Assembly (NCBI GenBank): GCA_032123355.1
Contig: JAQBFM010000105.1
Span: forward strand, 10,692 to 74,691
Direction of reading: 5' to 3'
DNA from: Lentisphaerales bacterium
GTDB lineage: Bacteria; Verrucomicrobiota; Kiritimatiellia; SPBP01
Length of the DNA: 64,000 nucleotides
The position numbers and the translations under genes were made by a program. The notes under the pieces were generated by a model. It saw only the letters and a program-made list of their open reading frames with translations. It was not told where the DNA came from and searched no databases. This document shows, piece after piece, positions 28,739 to 40,998 of this stretch (positions are counted from its first letter, which is position 1; every line of letters starts with the position of its first letter).

Positions 28739-30697
28739 ATGACGAACATGGGACTGAATGTCGTAGAGAAGATTCTTGCCGACCATGTTGTGGAAGGGAC
28801 GCCGGGGTCAGGCGCAGAGATTGGAATCAGGATTGACCAGACGCTTACCCAGGATGCCACCGGGACTATGGCCTATCTTCAGTTTGAGGCCATGGGTTTC
28901 GACCGCGTGAAGAACGAGCTGGCGCTGAGCTACGTGGATCACAACACGGTCCAGATTGGCCCCGAGAATGCGGACGACCACAGGTATCTTCAGTCGGTGG
29001 CCGCCAGGTATGGTGTTGTCTTTTCAAAGCCAGGCAACGGCATATGCCACCAGTTGCATCTTGAGCGTTTTGCTGCGCCCGGAAGAACGCTGCTCGGCGC
29101 CGACTCCCACACGCCGACAGCCGGGGGCATGGGAATGCTTGCTGTTGGCGCCGGTGGGATCGATGTTGCAGCAGCCATGGGCGGTGGGGCATGCTACATG
29201 GCAGATCCACAGGTTGTTAAGATAGAACTGACCGGATCTCTGAAGCCCTGGGTGTCGGCAAAGGATGTGGTGTTGAAAGTTCTGGAGATGTTTTCAACGA
29301 CCGGCAATGTCGGCAGCGTGTTTGAATATGGCGGGAAGGGAATCAAGTCGCTGGATGTTCCGCAACGCGCGACGATAGCGAACATGGGCGCGGAGTGCGG
29401 TGTGACATCGTCGATCTTTCCGAGCGATGCTCAGACGAAGAAGTTCCTTGAAGCCCAGGGACGCGGTGAACAGTGGTGCGAAATCGTGGCGGATGCGGAC
29501 GCACAGTATGTGAAGACCGTAAAGATCGACCTTTCCGGACTGGAACCGCTTGCCGCTGCGCCGCATTCTCCCGGGAACGTCGTTACGGTCGCGTCGCTTG
29601 CGGGGATGAAGGTGGATCAGGTTCTGATCGGATCGTGCACGAATTCGTCGTATCGAGATCTCAAGACGGTGTGCAAGATACTCACGGGCCGCAAGGTGCA
29701 CCAGGATGTCGAGCTTGGCATTGCGGCGGGTTCCCGTCAGGTGATGTTAATGCTGGATCGGGAGAAGTATGTGGGCGTTCTTCTGGAAGCGGGGGCCAGG
29801 CTGCTTGAAAACGCCTGCGGTTTCTGTATCGGCAATTCGCTATCCCCGGCAACCGACGCTGTTTCTCTGCGCACATCAAATCGCAACTTCGAGGGGCGGT
29901 CCGGGACGCTGTCCGCGCGCGTCTATATAGTCAGCCCAGAGATTGCTGCTTTGGCGGCAGTCCATGGAAGGATCATCGATCCGAGCATGATACAGGATTT
30001 GGAGTATCCCAAGACGAGGCTTCCGCTATCCTTTGAGATCGACGATTCGATGTTTGTCAGGCCACCCGAGGATGGCAAGGCAGTTCAGGTTGTGAGGGGG
30101 CCGTCGATCATGCCGCCGCCTGTTGGTGAGCCTCTGCCCCCGGTGGTGGCTGGACCGGTTGCCATAACGGTGGGCGATAAGATCACAACGGACGATATCA
30201 TGCCTGCGGGACAGCGATTGAAGTATCGGTCCAATATCGGGCAATATGCGGAGTTTGTTTTCGAACGGATTGACCCTGACTTCGCAAAGCGAGCGGCAAC
30301 GACCAGGGACAGCGGGCATCACAACATCATTGTCGCAGGAGAGTCCTACGGGCAGGGGTCCAGTCGTGAGCATGCGGCGATCTGCCCCATGTACCTAGGG
30401 GTGAAGGCTGTGATCGCAAAGTCTATTGAACGGATTCACATGGCCAATCTCGTGAACTTCGGCATTCTCCCGTTGATTCTTGTAAAGAAGGGAGATTACG
30501 AGAACCTGATGGCCGGCGATGAAATCGAGATTCCGAAGGCATCTGAGGCCCTGATGGGCGGCGGGAAGCGGGAAATCACTGTGTTCAACAAAACTCGTCA
30601 GAAGGAAATCCGGACCAGTGTGGACGTGTCGGACAGACAGGCGGCAATTCTGATTGCAGGTGGGCTTCTTAATCATACGAGGCAGGCCGGGAAGTAG
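28739..30697 (+). CDS. aconitase-family hydro-lyase (about 650-aa form with fused catalytic and swivel domains); probable aconitate hydratase given the adjacent icd
   Basis: Aconitase-family motifs ([24 protein letters not shown]). Both domains sit in one 652-aa chain. Confidence 0.7.
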   Translation: MTNMGLNVVEKILADHVVEGTPGSGAEIGIRIDQTLTQDATGTMAYLQFEAMGFDRVKNELALSYVDHNTVQIGPENADDHRYLQSVAARYGVVFSKPGNGICHQLHLERFAAPGRTLLGADSHTPTAGGMGMLAVGAGGIDVAAAMGGGACYMADPQVVKIELTGSLKPWVSAKDVVLKVLEMFSTTGNVGSVFEYGGKGIKSLDVPQRATIANMGAECGVTSSIFPSDAQTKKFLEAQGRGEQWCEIVADADAQYVKTVKIDLSGLEPLAAAPHSPGNVVTVASLAGMKVDQVLIGSCTNSSYRDLKTVCKILTGRKVHQDVELGIAAGSRQVMLMLDREKYVGVLLEAGARLLENACGFCIGNSLSPATDAVSLRTSNRNFEGRSGTLSARVYIVSPEIAALAAVHGRIIDPSMIQDLEYPKTRLPLSFEIDDSMFVRPPEDGKAVQVVRGPSIMPPPVGEPLPPVVAGPVAITVGDKITTDDIMPAGQRLKYRSNIGQYAEFVFERIDPDFAKRAATTRDSGHHNIIVAGESYGQGSSREHAAICPMYLGVKAVIAKSIERIHMANLVNFGILPLILVKKGDYENLMAGDEIEIPKASEALMGGGKREITVFNKTRQKEIRTSVDVSDRQAAILIAGGLLNHTRQAGK

Positions 30698-30717
30698 TAC
30701 GAGAGAAGGGAGAGAAC

Positions 30718-31977
30718 ATGGTGAGCAGCGGCAAGGTGCAAGTTCCTTCCGGGGCTGATCGGATCGTTATGGGTGCTGACGGGCACCTGTCTGTTCCGGA
30801 TCGTCCGGTTGTCCCCTATATCGAAGGGGATGGAATCGGTCCTGACATAATGAAAGCGGCGATGTTCGTATGGAACAACGCTGTGAAGAAGGCTTATGGT
30901 AGTTCCCGTGAGATATTCTGGATGGAAGTGTTCGCAGGCGAGAAAGCGACCGAGGTCTACGGTCCGGACGCATGGCTGCCGGAGGAGACGCTTGAGATCA
31001 TAGGCGAGTGCCTGGTTGGCATAAAGGGACCGCTGACGACGCCTGTCGGCGGGGGGATCAGGTCGTTGAACGTTGCAATCCGGCAGCGCATGGATCTTTA
31101 CGTATGTCAGAGGCCGGTGCGATGGTTCAAGGGCGTCGAGTCGCCTGTGAAGAGGCCGGACCTGACGGACATGGTCGTATTCAGGGAGAATTCTGAGGAT
31201 ATCTACGCCGGGATAGAATGGGCGGAAGGTACGCCCGAAGTGAAGAAGCTCATCAAGTTTCTCCAGGAGGAAATGGGCACAACCGCCATCAGGTTCCCGG
31301 ATACGTCGGGGATCGGTATCAAGCCGGTATCACGCGAGGGTTCAACAAGGTTGATTCGAGCAGCGGTTCGATATGCACGGGAGAATGGTCGGCCGAAAGT
31401 GACGCTGGTTCACAAAGGCAATATAATGAAATTCACAGAAGGCGCTTTCAAGGAGTGGGGATACGAAACTGTCCGAAAGGAGTTGTCGGATATTGCCGTG
31501 GTGGCTGAGGATTGTTCTTCGAATGCACCCGAAGGAAAGGTTCTTGTGAACGACGTTATCGCCGATGCTTTCCTTCAGCAAATCTTAACGCGCCCCTCCG
31601 AGTACTCTGTCATTGCCACGTTGAATCTCAATGGCGACTACATCTCGGATGCGCTGGCTGCCTGTGTTGGAGGCATAGGGATGGCGCCTGGTGCGAATAT
31701 CAACTACGACACCGGAAAGGCGGTTTTTGAGGCAACTCATGGGACAGCGCCGAAATATGCCGGCCAGGATAAGGTCAATCCGGGCTCATTGATCTTGTCT
31801 GGAGAGATGATGATGCGATATATGGGCTGGACCGAGGCCGCCGAGCTGGTAATCAAGGGCATCGAAGGCGCAATTGGTGATCGAACGGTTACGTATGACC
31901 TTGCCCGGCTGATGGAGGGGGCTCGGACCGTAAAGTGCAGTGAATTCGGGGCTGCCATCTGCAGCCATATGCATTAG
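30718..31977 (+). CDS. icd: NADP-dependent isocitrate dehydrogenase (prokaryotic homodimeric type)
   Basis: 419 aa with the 'NLNGDYISD' isocitrate/isopropylmalate dehydrogenase signature. Confidence 0.85.
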   Translation: MVSSGKVQVPSGADRIVMGADGHLSVPDRPVVPYIEGDGIGPDIMKAAMFVWNNAVKKAYGSSREIFWMEVFAGEKATEVYGPDAWLPEETLEIIGECLVGIKGPLTTPVGGGIRSLNVAIRQRMDLYVCQRPVRWFKGVESPVKRPDLTDMVVFRENSEDIYAGIEWAEGTPEVKKLIKFLQEEMGTTAIRFPDTSGIGIKPVSREGSTRLIRAAVRYARENGRPKVTLVHKGNIMKFTEGAFKEWGYETVRKELSDIAVVAEDCSSNAPEGKVLVNDVIADAFLQQILTRPSEYSVIATLNLNGDYISDALAACVGGIGMAPGANINYDTGKAVFEATHGTAPKYAGQDKVNPGSLILSGEMMMRYMGWTEAAELVIKGIEGAIGDRTVTYDLARLMEGARTVKCSEFGAAICSHMH

Positions 31978-32206
31978 CCGCAGCTATCCCCATGCTCCGA
32001 AGGCCTTTCCGGGGCAGGCAAGGGGAATCATGGTCTGAGCAGGTTCTTGAGCGTCCGACTCCAGCGCGGTTCTGATCAGTTACCCGAGCCTTCTTTGTCC
32101 GATCCCTTCCAGGTTGCGGACAGAGTTGTCACCCCGACCTGGCAGGGATCATGCCAGCCAGTCGCCGGGGCTCCGCAAATAGTGCCCATTTTCTTCCACT
32201 TTTCTG

Positions 32207-32234
32207 TTGACGCCCAATGCCATTTTGGTAAGTT
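32207..32234 (+). promoter_or_regulatory. candidate sigma70-like promoter upstream of tRNA-Thr and tuf (TTGACG, 16 nt, TAAGTT)
   Basis: Hexamers read directly from the sequence; location is appropriate for the tRNA-Thr/tuf transcription unit. Confidence 0.3.
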
Positions 32235-32397
32235 TCTGTGCTTTTGACCCATCCGCCCCAGGTCAGTACCGGGGCGAGTGGCAACACGGAATATGATTGG
32301 CTGCAGAGCCTCGCGTTATCCTCTGTTTCCCCAGACGAGAGAGGAGTGGGGGTGTTTTGCAGTTGTACGCCTTACTGAATCGGCGGGAAGAATCGCG

Positions 32398-32473
32398 GCC
32401 CATGTAGCTCAGTTGGTAGAGCACATCCTTGGTAAGGATGAGGTCAGCGGTTCGATCCCGCTCATGGGCTCCA
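32398..32473 (+). tRNA. tRNA-Thr (anticodon GGT), CCA encoded
   Basis: Manual cloverleaf fold: acceptor GCCCATG/CATGGGC, D-arm GCTC-AGTTGGTA-GAGC, anticodon loop TTGGTAA, T-loop TTCGATC. Confidence 0.9.
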
Positions 32474-32569
32474 CTAAAAGCCCGGTGGGTAATTTGTTGA
32501 TTACTGAACCACCTGAATTGACAGGCAGCTGAAAGAGAAGACAAGGACATAAGAGGTTGGAGGATTATC

Positions 32570-33778
32570 ATGGCGAAAGAGAAATTCGAGCGTACAAAAC
32601 CACACGTGAACGTTGGCACGATCGGACACGTCGACCACGGCAAGACAACGTTGACGGCGGCGATCACAAAAGTCCAGGCGCTGAAAGGACTGAGCACATT
32701 CATACCTTACGATGAGGTTGCCAAGGCCTCAGAGAGTCAGGGACGACGCGATGCGACCAAGATTCTGACGATCGCTACCTCGCACGTTGAGTACAGCAGC
32801 GATAACCGTCACTACGCGCATGTTGACTGTCCGGGTCATGCTGACTACATCAAGAATATGATTACGGGTGCGGCCCAGATGGACGGGGCCGTTCTTGTGG
32901 TCAGTGCTTCTGATGGGCCCATGCCTCAGACGCGGGAGCATATTCTGCTGGCGCGCCAGGTTGGTGTTCCGGCGATTGTTGTGTTCCTTAATAAGGTGGA
33001 CCTGGTCGACGATGAGGAGCTTCTGGAACTCGTGGAACTTGAGGTCAGGGAACTGCTCTCGAAATACGACTTCCCGGGTGACGAGACGCCCATAATCAGG
33101 GGCAATTCGCTGGCTGTGGCGCAAATCGAATCTGCGGACGATCCTGCAGCGAAGTGCATCTCGGACTTGCTTGATGCCCTTGATGCCTTCATCCCGGAAC
33201 CGGTTCGAATCACGGATCAGGCGTTCCTGATGCCGATTGAGGACGTGTTCTCTATCGAGGGCCGCGGAACGGTTGTTACGGGTCGAGTCGAGCGTGGCAT
33301 CATCAAGGTTGGCGAGGAAGTGGAGATTGTTGGATTGCGCGACACGCAGAAGACAACGGCGACCGGCGTGGAGATGTTCCGGAAGCTGCTCGATGAAGGA
33401 CGTGCCGGAGACAACATCGGCGTTCTTCTGCGCGGGACAAAGAAAGACGATGTCGAGCGCGGCCAGATGCTGGCGAAGCCGGGTTCGATAACACCTCACA
33501 CAGATTTCAAGGCAGAGGTCTATGTTCTGAGCAAAGAGGAAGGTGGCCGCCACACTCCGTTCTTCAAAGGGTATCGTCCGCAGTTCTACTTCCGGACCAC
33601 CGATGTTACTGGTGACGTAACACTGCCGGAAGGTGCGGAAATGGTCATGCCTGGTGACAACGTAAGTGTAGATGTTTCGCTGATACAGCCTGTGGCGATG
33701 GAGAAGACGATGCGCTTTGCCATTCGTGAAGGCGGCAGAACCATCGGCGCCGGTACGGTTGTTGAAATAGTGAAGTAA
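32570..33778 (+). CDS. tuf: elongation factor Tu
   Basis: [21 protein letters not shown]. Contains an insertion of about 8 residues next to the [12 protein letters not shown] motif. Confidence 0.97.
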   Translation: MAKEKFERTKPHVNVGTIGHVDHGKTTLTAAITKVQALKGLSTFIPYDEVAKASESQGRRDATKILTIATSHVEYSSDNRHYAHVDCPGHADYIKNMITGAAQMDGAVLVVSASDGPMPQTREHILLARQVGVPAIVVFLNKVDLVDDEELLELVELEVRELLSKYDFPGDETPIIRGNSLAVAQIESADDPAAKCISDLLDALDAFIPEPVRITDQAFLMPIEDVFSIEGRGTVVTGRVERGIIKVGEEVEIVGLRDTQKTTATGVEMFRKLLDEGRAGDNIGVLLRGTKKDDVERGQMLAKPGSITPHTDFKAEVYVLSKEEGGRHTPFFKGYRPQFYFRTTDVTGDVTLPEGAEMVMPGDNVSVDVSLIQPVAMEKTMRFAIREGGRTIGAGTVVEIVK

Positions 33779-33837
33779 CGGAACGCGCTGTTTCGGTTGG
33801 TGCGTGACGTGAGGTGAAGACGAAAGGTTGAAGCGAT

Positions 33838-33990
33838 ATGCCGAGGGAGATGATAACGCTGGCGTGCACGAGCTGTAAGAGGCGAAGTTACACGAGCACG
33901 AAGAACAAGCGGACAACTCCTGATCGGATTGAGTTGAAGAAGTATTGCCGCTTCGAGCGAAAACATGTGATGCACCGGGAAACGCGGTAG
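33838..33990 (+). CDS. rpmG: 50S ribosomal protein L33
   Basis: 50-aa ORF (not in the ORF track): [50 protein letters not shown]. Typical L33 sequence and position between tuf and tRNA-Trp. Confidence 0.85.
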   Translation: MPREMITLACTSCKRRSYTSTKNKRTTPDRIELKKYCRFERKHVMHRETR

Positions 33991-34005
33991 TTGCCCAGAA
34001 TCCGG

Positions 34006-34081
34006 AGGCCAGTAGCTCAATCGGCAGAGTACCGGTCTCCAAAACCGGTTGTTGGGGGTTCGAGTCCCTCCTGGCCTGCCA
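34006..34081 (+). tRNA. tRNA-Trp (anticodon CCA), CCA encoded
   Basis: Manual fold: acceptor AGGCCAG/CTGGCCT, anticodon loop CTCCAAA, T-loop TTCGAGT. Canonical position before secE. Confidence 0.9.
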
Positions 34082-34178
34082 CATGTGGAGATGCTGCTTG
34101 GTGACATGGCTGGGCTGTTGTCTTGACGGCAGATGGGGTGGTTCCGGTGATGCAGTAAGAGTGCCAGGCCGAGGGTGA

Positions 34179-34388
34179 TTGACGATGGGCAGAGTTACTG
34201 ATGGAGTCCGGGGCGCCGGGAGATTCTTCGGAGAGGTCCGTTCGGAGCTGAAGAAGTCGTCATGGCCGACCAGGAGTGAACTGGTTGAATCGACTATCGT
34301 GATCATTATTTGCGTGCTCCTGCTGGGCGCGTTCGTGGGTGCATGCGACAAGATTCTGGTTGCTGCAATAGAGCTATTTATCAGGTGA
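34179..34388 (+). CDS. secE: preprotein translocase subunit SecE
   Basis: 69 aa with a single C-terminal TM helix, in the position preceding nusG. Confidence 0.8.
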   Translation: MTMGRVTDGVRGAGRFFGEVRSELKKSSWPTRSELVESTIVIIICVLLLGAFVGACDKILVAAIELFIR

Positions 34389-34401
34389 AGTGAGGGTGTA
34401 G

Positions 34402-34953
34402 ATGATGGATAAGAGATGGTACGTGCTGCACACCCTTACCGGCCAGGAGATGAAGGTTAGGGAAAGCATAAGGCGTCGCCTGAAGCAGGAGGGAGTCGAG
34501 GATCTCATCGGGGATGTGTTGATACCGACGGAGAAAGTATCGGAGGTAAAGAGGGGCGTCCGGTCGACCACCACTCGCAAGTTTTTCCCGGGTTACGTAC
34601 TTGTCTATTTGGCTTTGTATGACGAGAACAACGAGATATGCGACAAGACCTGGCATTTCATACGCGAAACACCGGGAATGATCGGCTTCGTTGGCGGTGA
34701 GCGACCAGCTCCGTTGCGTCCGGAGGAAGTGGACGTTCTTCTCAGTCAGGTTGAAGAGAAGAAGGAGAAGGTTAAACCGAAGATGAGTTTCGATGTGGGG
34801 GAGACCGTGAAGATTGTCGACGGTCCTTTCATGAATTTCAGCGGTGTTGTGGAAGAGATGGATCCGGACAAGGGCAAACTGAAAGTGTCAGTCGCGATTT
34901 TCGGGCGCGTGGCCCCGGTAGAACTGGAATATTGGCAGGTGGAGCGTACGTAA
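34402..34953 (+). CDS. nusG: transcription termination/antitermination factor NusG
   Basis: NGN domain (WYVLHTLTGQE) plus C-terminal KOW (GETVKIVDGPF). Confidence 0.9.
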   Translation: MMDKRWYVLHTLTGQEMKVRESIRRRLKQEGVEDLIGDVLIPTEKVSEVKRGVRSTTTRKFFPGYVLVYLALYDENNEICDKTWHFIRETPGMIGFVGGERPAPLRPEEVDVLLSQVEEKKEKVKPKMSFDVGETVKIVDGPFMNFSGVVEEMDPDKGKLKVSVAIFGRVAPVELEYWQVERT

Positions 34954-34956
34954 CGT

Positions 34957-35382
34957 ATGGCTAAAAAGATCACAGGAAAGATAAAGTTGCAGATTCCGGC
35001 CGGTCAGGCTAATCCTGCGCCACCGGTGGGTCCGGCGCTTGGTCAGCACGGTGTGAACATTATTGAGTTCTGTAAGGCTTTCAACTCCGCGACTCAGGCC
35101 CAGGCAGGTCTGATCATACCGGCAGAGATAACCGTATATCAGGACAGGTCATTTACTTTCATTACAAAGAGCGCACCGGCCGCAGTGTTGCTGAAACGGG
35201 CAGCAGGGCTTGCGAAGGGGTCCGCGACGCCCAACAAAGAGAAGGTGGGGAAGGTTACCCACAAGCAGATACTGGAAATAGTCGCATTGAAGGCCAAGGA
35301 TCTGAACGCGGTGGATCCGGAGCGGGCAGCACGGATCATTGAGGGTACGGCAAGAAGCATGGGCATCATAGTGGAGTCCTGA
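34957..35382 (+). CDS. rplK: 50S ribosomal protein L11
   Basis: '[22 protein letters not shown]' L11 signature. Confidence 0.95.
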   Translation: MAKKITGKIKLQIPAGQANPAPPVGPALGQHGVNIIEFCKAFNSATQAQAGLIIPAEITVYQDRSFTFITKSAPAAVLLKRAAGLAKGSATPNKEKVGKVTHKQILEIVALKAKDLNAVDPERAARIIEGTARSMGIIVES

Positions 35383-36065
35383 TGAGTAGGCACGGAAAGA
35401 AACATATAGATATCAGCAAGAAGCTATCCGGCGAAGTATATGAGCTGGACAATGCGGTGCAGTTCCTGCGTGAGAATCCTGCAGCGAAGTTCGATGAAAG
35501 TGTCGAACTTGCCGTGCGGACCGGAGTTGACACCGCGAAATCCGACCAGAGTGTGCGTGGTACTGTAAGCCTTCCGTTCGGAACCGGCAAGAAAGTCAGG
35601 GTGGCCGTGTTTGCGAACGGGCCTGCTGCGGAAGCCGCGACGGCTGCTGGTGCGGATCACGTAGGGTTTGAGGACCTTATTGAGAAGGTAAAGGGAGGCT
35701 GGCTCGATTTCGACGTTGCTGTTGCAACGCCTGAAGCGATGAAGGAACTGCGGAAGCTGGGAAAGATCCTGGGGCCGCGTGGGCTGATGCCGAATCCTAA
35801 AACCGGCACGGTGACCGACGATACGGCTTCAGCCGTCACACAGTGCAAGGCGGGACGTGTTGAGTTCAGAATGGACAAGAATGGCAACGTGCAGTTGCCG
35901 ATAGGGAAACTTTCGTTTGCGGTAGAGTCACTGGTTGGGAATGCGAACACTGCATTGGACGCAATAAGAGCGCAGCGTCCATCGTCACTCAAAGGGCCGT
36001 TCTTCAAGAGCTGCACATTGAGTTCGACGATGGGAGTGGGACTGCGCGTGAATGTCCAGGGCTAA
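35382..36065 (+). CDS. rplA: 50S ribosomal protein L1
   Basis: L1 family sequence in the conserved position after rplK. Confidence 0.95.
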   Translation: MSRHGKKHIDISKKLSGEVYELDNAVQFLRENPAAKFDESVELAVRTGVDTAKSDQSVRGTVSLPFGTGKKVRVAVFANGPAAEAATAAGADHVGFEDLIEKVKGGWLDFDVAVATPEAMKELRKLGKILGPRGLMPNPKTGTVTDDTASAVTQCKAGRVEFRMDKNGNVQLPIGKLSFAVESLVGNANTALDAIRAQRPSSLKGPFFKSCTLSSTMGVGLRVNVQG

Positions 36066-36077
36066 GAGGGGTCTCGA

Positions 36078-36593
36078 ATGAGAGCAGAAAAAGAATCCAT
36101 AGTTGCTGAAACCAAGCTACTCCTGGATGGTTCGAACTACGTGTTCCTGGTCGACTACACCGGTCTTCAGGTGGAAAAGATGGCAGAGCTTCGCAATAGA
36201 CTCCAGGTATCCGGCGCCCACATGCGTGTTGTGCGGAATCGCTTCTTGAAGCATATCGCTCGGGATAAGGGGTGGGAGGATCTTGCGACATCCATGGCGG
36301 GACCGACTGCGATGATCACTGGTGATGACGACCTTGCGGCAGCAAGAGTTCTGGTTGAGTTCGCCAGGGGCACCGGCAGGCCGGCACTGAAGTGCGGTAT
36401 TTCCAGCGATGCATTTGTGTCGGGGGATGACATCGCCGTCATGGCGACATTACCTTCTCTCGATGTGATGCGCAGTATACTTTTGGGGACAGCTGCCGCG
36501 CCAATGAGGAACCTTGTTGGCGTGCTTGCCCAGAAACTGCGTAGCGTGCTTTATGCACTAAAAGCCGCGGCGGAGAAGAAAGCTGCTGCCTGA
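36078..36593 (+). CDS. rplJ: 50S ribosomal protein L10
   Basis: L10 family, in the position between rplA and rplL. Confidence 0.9.
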   Translation: MRAEKESIVAETKLLLDGSNYVFLVDYTGLQVEKMAELRNRLQVSGAHMRVVRNRFLKHIARDKGWEDLATSMAGPTAMITGDDDLAAARVLVEFARGTGRPALKCGISSDAFVSGDDIAVMATLPSLDVMRSILLGTAAAPMRNLVGVLAQKLRSVLYALKAAAEKKAAA

Positions 36594-36703
36594 AGACTGT
36601 TTCTTGCGGGCATTCCCGACCCCGATGCAGGTTGGTAAATGTGCTCGCAACAAAGAGAACCGTAAGTAAGGACAGTATTAAGAAAGAAAAAGGGAGATGG
36701 ACA

Positions 36704-37144
36704 ATGACTACGGATACCGCCACGACGGAAGTGAAAGAAGAAAAAAGTACGGACAGCAAGGCGCCCGCAGGAGGTAGAATGGACGAATTTGTTGACTGGA
36801 TCGAATCGATAAGTGTCCGCGAGCTCTCAGTGCTTGTCAAGGCACTGGAGGATCGGCTCGGTGTCAGTGCGGCCGCACCGGTGGCGGTTGCCGCAGCTGG
36901 CGCAGGTGGTGGAGGCGCTGCTGCCGAGGAGCAGACCGAGTTTTCAGCAATTCTCACATCAGCCGGCGATCAGAAGATCGCGGTGATCAAGGAAGTGCGC
37001 GCGCTGCTGGGGCTGGGGCTGAAAGAGTCCAAGGACCTCGTTGAGTCGGCGCCTAAGCCGCTCAAAGAAGGTGTGACGAAGGCAGAGGCTGAAGAAGTTA
37101 AGACGAAGATGGAAGCTGTTGGCGCCAAAGTCGAAATTAAGTAG
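36704..37144 (+). CDS. rplL: 50S ribosomal protein L7/L12, with an N-terminal extension of about 25 aa if the start is 36704
   Basis: C-terminal '[52 protein letters not shown]'. AGGGAG at 36691-36696 precedes ATG 36704. Other starts in the same frame: 36632 and 36779. Confidence 0.9.
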   Translation: MTTDTATTEVKEEKSTDSKAPAGGRMDEFVDWIESISVRELSVLVKALEDRLGVSAAAPVAVAAAGAGGGGAAAEEQTEFSAILTSAGDQKIAVIKEVRALLGLGLKESKDLVESAPKPLKEGVTKAEAEEVKTKMEAVGAKVEIK

Positions 37145-37200
37145 CACCTGCGGGATGCGGTATTCCGCTGCAGTTCAACGCGAGCCGGAGGAAGGCTAGA

Positions 37201-40200
37201 ATGCAGAGAACCAACTTCGGAAAACTGGTTGACGTTATCGAACCTCCTGATCTGATAGAGGTTCAGACATCGTCCTATGGTAGGTTCCTTCAGACTGATG
37301 CGGCCGCGCTGCGTCGCAAGAAGCTCGGGTTGCAGGGGGTCTTCAAGGAAGTCTTTCCTATCGAGAGCTATGACGGGCGGTGTGCTCTCGATTTCGTCAA
37401 GTACGAACTGGCCGAGCCGAAGATGGACGTTCTTGAGTGCCTGACGGAAGGCGAGACATACGCCGCACCGCTGCATGTTACGTTCCGGCTGAAGGAAGGC
37501 GATGAGGTCCGCGAGGAAACTGTCTACATGGGTGAGATACCCTTGATGACCATGCAGGGCTCGTTCGTGGTCAACGGGGCAGAACGCGTGGTGGTAAGCC
37601 AGTTGCACCGGTCGCCGGGCATCTGCTTCGAGAAGTCCGTTCATCCGAATGGCACAATGCTGTATTCGTTCAGGATCATTCCGGATCGTGGATCCTGGAT
37701 AGAGGTGCAGTTCGATACCTCGGACCTTCTGTGGATGTACCTGGATCGTCAACGCCGCCGCCGCAAGTTCCTTGCCACAACGTTTCTGCGAGCTCTTGGC
37801 TATGGAACGGACGAGGAGTTGACCGGGCTGTTCTACACATTTGCAACGCTGTCGCTCAAGAAGAGCCATAGCGAGGAAGAAGTTGCGAAACTGGTATTTA
37901 AGGAAGACGTGCTGGACGTCGATTCACAGGCGGTGCTGGCTCGGATGTTCGATCCTGTAACCCAGACCGCTCTTGAACGAATGAGGGCAGCCGGCTGCAA
38001 GACAGCAGAAGTGATAGACGTATCATGGGATGGCGGAATTCTACTGAAGAGCATCAGGTCAGACGGGTTCAGGTCCAAGGATGAAGCATTGAAGGACATT
38101 TACCACCGGTTGAGGCCGGGCGATCCGGCGACGTCGCCCAACGCGGCGCAGCTGTTGAAGCGCCTGTTCTTTGATGAACGCCGGTACGATCTGGGACGGG
38201 TTGGGCGGTACAAGATAAACCAGAAGCTCGATCTGGACGGCAAGGTGCAGGGGAACCTGCGCGTGCTCGACAAGGAAGATGTTGTCGCCTCCATTCGGTA
38301 TCTGATCAGCATTCGCAAGGGCGAAGGCACAGTCGATGATATCGATCATCTCGGCAGCCGGCGAGTGCGAACGGTTGGTGAATTGCTTGAGAACCAGTGC
38401 AGGGTCGGTCTTGCCAGGCTTGAGCGTGTGGTTAAGGAAAGAATGACGCTGTTCGATCCGACGGCTGGCGTTATGACTCCACAGCGCCTGATCAACCCCA
38501 AGGCTTTGTCGATTGTCGTAAGGGATTTCTTCGGCAGAAGTCAGTTGAGCCAGTTCATGGACGAGACGAATCCTCTGAGTGGGCTCGCGCACAAGAGAAG
38601 GCTAAGCGCGCTGGGGCCGGGTGGACTCAGCCGGGAACGCGCCGGTTTTGAGGTGCGGGACGTGCACAGCAGTCACTACGGCCGGATTTGTCCTATCGAG
38701 ACGCCTGAGGGTCCGAACATCGGGCTCATATCATCCCTCAGTATTTACGGTAGGGTGAATGACTTCGGATTCATCGAGACTCCTTACAGGAAGGTCAAGG
38801 ATGGCCGGGTTACGAATGTGGTCGATTATCTTACTGCTGACCAGGAGGAGAAGTTCATCATAGCCCAGGCCAATGCGCCGCTTGATGAGAAGAACTCCTT
38901 TGCTCGCGATACCGTATCGGTAAGGCACCGTGGAGAATTCCTGGAAGTTCCGAGGGAGAAGGTTGACTACATGGACGTGTCTCCGAAGCAGGTCGTGAGT
39001 ATCGCGGCGGGGTCGATTCCGTTCCTGGAGCATGACGATGCCAACCGCGCTCTGATGGGTTCCAACATGATGCGGCAGGCGGTTCCACTGCTGTGCTCGG
39101 AGGCGCCATATGTTGCAACTGGACTGGAAGGGCGACTTGCAAAGGATTCCCGCGTGACCATTACGGCAACACATAGCGGCAAGGTAGCCTATGTGTCGGC
39201 CGAGAGGATCATTATCACTCCAGATGGGACTCTGCCGGCCAAGCGTGCGAAGAAAGATATGTACCAGGCCTATGGTCTCAGGAAATTCATGCGGTCAAAT
39301 GCCGGGACGTGTGTGAATCAGCAGCCGATCGTGAAGAGTGGCGATATGATACGGGTGGGCGATGTGATTGCTGACGGGCCCGGGACCAGTGAGGGCGAAA
39401 TCGCCCTTGGAAAGAACATGATCGTCGCGTTCCTCCCGTGGTGTGGTTACAACTTCGAAGACGCAATCCTGGTAAGTGAGCGCGTGGTCAGGACGGACAT
39501 GTTCACATCCATTCATATTCAGGAGTTCGAAGTAGGCGCGCGCGATACGAAACTGGGCCCTGAGGAGATCACGCGGGACATCCCGAATGTCAGTGAAGAT
39601 TCGCTTCGCAATCTCGATCGTGACGGTGTTGTGCGCATTGGGGCTGAGGTGGTGCCTGGGGATATTCTGGTCGGGAAGATTACGCCGAAGAGCGAGACAG
39701 AACTTGCCCCCGAGGAGCGTCTGCTCAGGGCAATATTCGGAGAAAAAGCAGCGGATGTCAGGGATACCTCACTGACTGTCTCGAGCGGAACGACCGGCAT
39801 TGTCATGGATGTCAAGGTTACCGCGCACAAGAACGTGAAGACCGAGAAGCTATCTGCGACGGAGATGCGGAAACATTCGAAGGCGCTCGGTGATGAGTAC
39901 AAGGGCAGGCGGGTTCAACTGACGGACGACCTTACTGAGGCGTTGAGCAACATCCTGCTCGGAGAGAAGATTCCGCTGGATGTGGTAAATGTTCAGACGG
40001 GCGAGGTCATCATACCGGCGAATCGCAAGATAACCAAGACGCTGTTGAGGAAGCTTGCCGCCGCGTCGGATCACGTCCAGATCGAAAACAGTCCCATCCA
40101 GATGAAGATCCAGGCCATTCTTGATGAATACAAGCACAAGTTCGGCGAGCTCGACATCGAGCAGGAGAGAGATCGTGACCGTTTTGAGAGCGGCGAGTTC

Positions 40201-40974
40201 GAGGACGCCGGGATCATCAAGCGCGTTCGCGTCTATATCGCCAGCAAGAAGAATCTGGCGGTTGGCGATAAGATGGCCGGGCGTCACGGGAACAAGGGCG
40301 TTGTGGCCCGGATAGTACCCGATGCCGACATGCCGTTCCTGCCGGACGGCAGTCCCGTAGATATAGTGCTGAATCCACTTGGTGTTCCCTCACGCATGAA
40401 CGTTGGACAGGTGCTTGAGACGCACTTGGGCATGGCGTGCAAGCTCCTGGGCATGCACGCAGCGACACCTGTGTTTGACGGCATTTCGGAGCAGAGCATC
40501 CGCGAATTGATGAAGAAGGCGCTTCTTAACGAGGATGGCAAGACTGTTCTGGCAGATGGACGGACCGGGGAGATCTTTGATCAGCGAGTCGTTGTCGGGT
40601 CAATCTATATGTTCAAGCTGCATCACCTTGTAAGTGACAAGATCCACGCGCGCGCAGTCGGGCCGTATTCCCTTGTGACTCAGCAGCCGTTGGGTGGCAA
40701 GGCGCAGTACGGTGGTCAGCGAATGGGCGAGATGGAAGTCTGGGCACTCGAGGCCTATGGTGCGGCAAATGTACTCCAGGAATTGCTGACGGTTAAGAGT
40801 GACGATGTCGGGGGTAGAACGAAGATTTATGAATCGATAGTGAAGGGCGAGAATACCCTCGAGGCAAATATGCCGGAATCATTTAACGTGCTGATGACTG
40901 AAATGAAGAGCCTGTGTCTGAATGTGGCAGTCGTCCACATGGATGTGGAAACGGATGGAGCGGGGGCTCTTTAA
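37201..40974 (+). CDS. rpoB: DNA-directed RNA polymerase subunit beta
   Basis: 1257 aa with canonical rpoB motifs throughout. Confidence 0.97.
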   Translation: MQRTNFGKLVDVIEPPDLIEVQTSSYGRFLQTDAAALRRKKLGLQGVFKEVFPIESYDGRCALDFVKYELAEPKMDVLECLTEGETYAAPLHVTFRLKEGDEVREETVYMGEIPLMTMQGSFVVNGAERVVVSQLHRSPGICFEKSVHPNGTMLYSFRIIPDRGSWIEVQFDTSDLLWMYLDRQRRRRKFLATTFLRALGYGTDEELTGLFYTFATLSLKKSHSEEEVAKLVFKEDVLDVDSQAVLARMFDPVTQTALERMRAAGCKTAEVIDVSWDGGILLKSIRSDGFRSKDEALKDIYHRLRPGDPATSPNAAQLLKRLFFDERRYDLGRVGRYKINQKLDLDGKVQGNLRVLDKEDVVASIRYLISIRKGEGTVDDIDHLGSRRVRTVGELLENQCRVGLARLERVVKERMTLFDPTAGVMTPQRLINPKALSIVVRDFFGRSQLSQFMDETNPLSGLAHKRRLSALGPGGLSRERAGFEVRDVHSSHYGRICPIETPEGPNIGLISSLSIYGRVNDFGFIETPYRKVKDGRVTNVVDYLTADQEEKFIIAQANAPLDEKNSFARDTVSVRHRGEFLEVPREKVDYMDVSPKQVVSIAAGSIPFLEHDDANRALMGSNMMRQAVPLLCSEAPYVATGLEGRLAKDSRVTITATHSGKVAYVSAERIIITPDGTLPAKRAKKDMYQAYGLRKFMRSNAGTCVNQQPIVKSGDMIRVGDVIADGPGTSEGEIALGKNMIVAFLPWCGYNFEDAILVSERVVRTDMFTSIHIQEFEVGARDTKLGPEEITRDIPNVSEDSLRNLDRDGVVRIGAEVVPGDILVGKITPKSETELAPEERLLRAIFGEKAADVRDTSLTVSSGTTGIVMDVKVTAHKNVKTEKLSATEMRKHSKALGDEYKGRRVQLTDDLTEALSNILLGEKIPLDVVNVQTGEVIIPANRKITKTLLRKLAAASDHVQIENSPIQMKIQAILDEYKHKFGELDIEQERDRDRFESGEFEDAGIIKRVRVYIASKKNLAVGDKMAGRHGNKGVVARIVPDADMPFLPDGSPVDIVLNPLGVPSRMNVGQVLETHLGMACKLLGMHAATPVFDGISEQSIRELMKKALLNEDGKTVLADGRTGEIFDQRVVVGSIYMFKLHHLVSDKIHARAVGPYSLVTQQPLGGKAQYGGQRMGEMEVWALEAYGAANVLQELLTVKSDDVGGRTKIYESIVKGENTLEANMPESFNVLMTEMKSLCLNVAVVHMDVETDGAGAL

Positions 40975-40998
40975 GAGCGCTCCGCTGGGAGGCGAAGT

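Noticed and set aside
37144-37200. Possible attenuator or terminator hairpin between rplL and rpoB (gcgg-tatt-ccgc and flanking partial palindrome)
   Set aside because: The stems are only 4-6 bp with no following U-tract, which is too weak to call.
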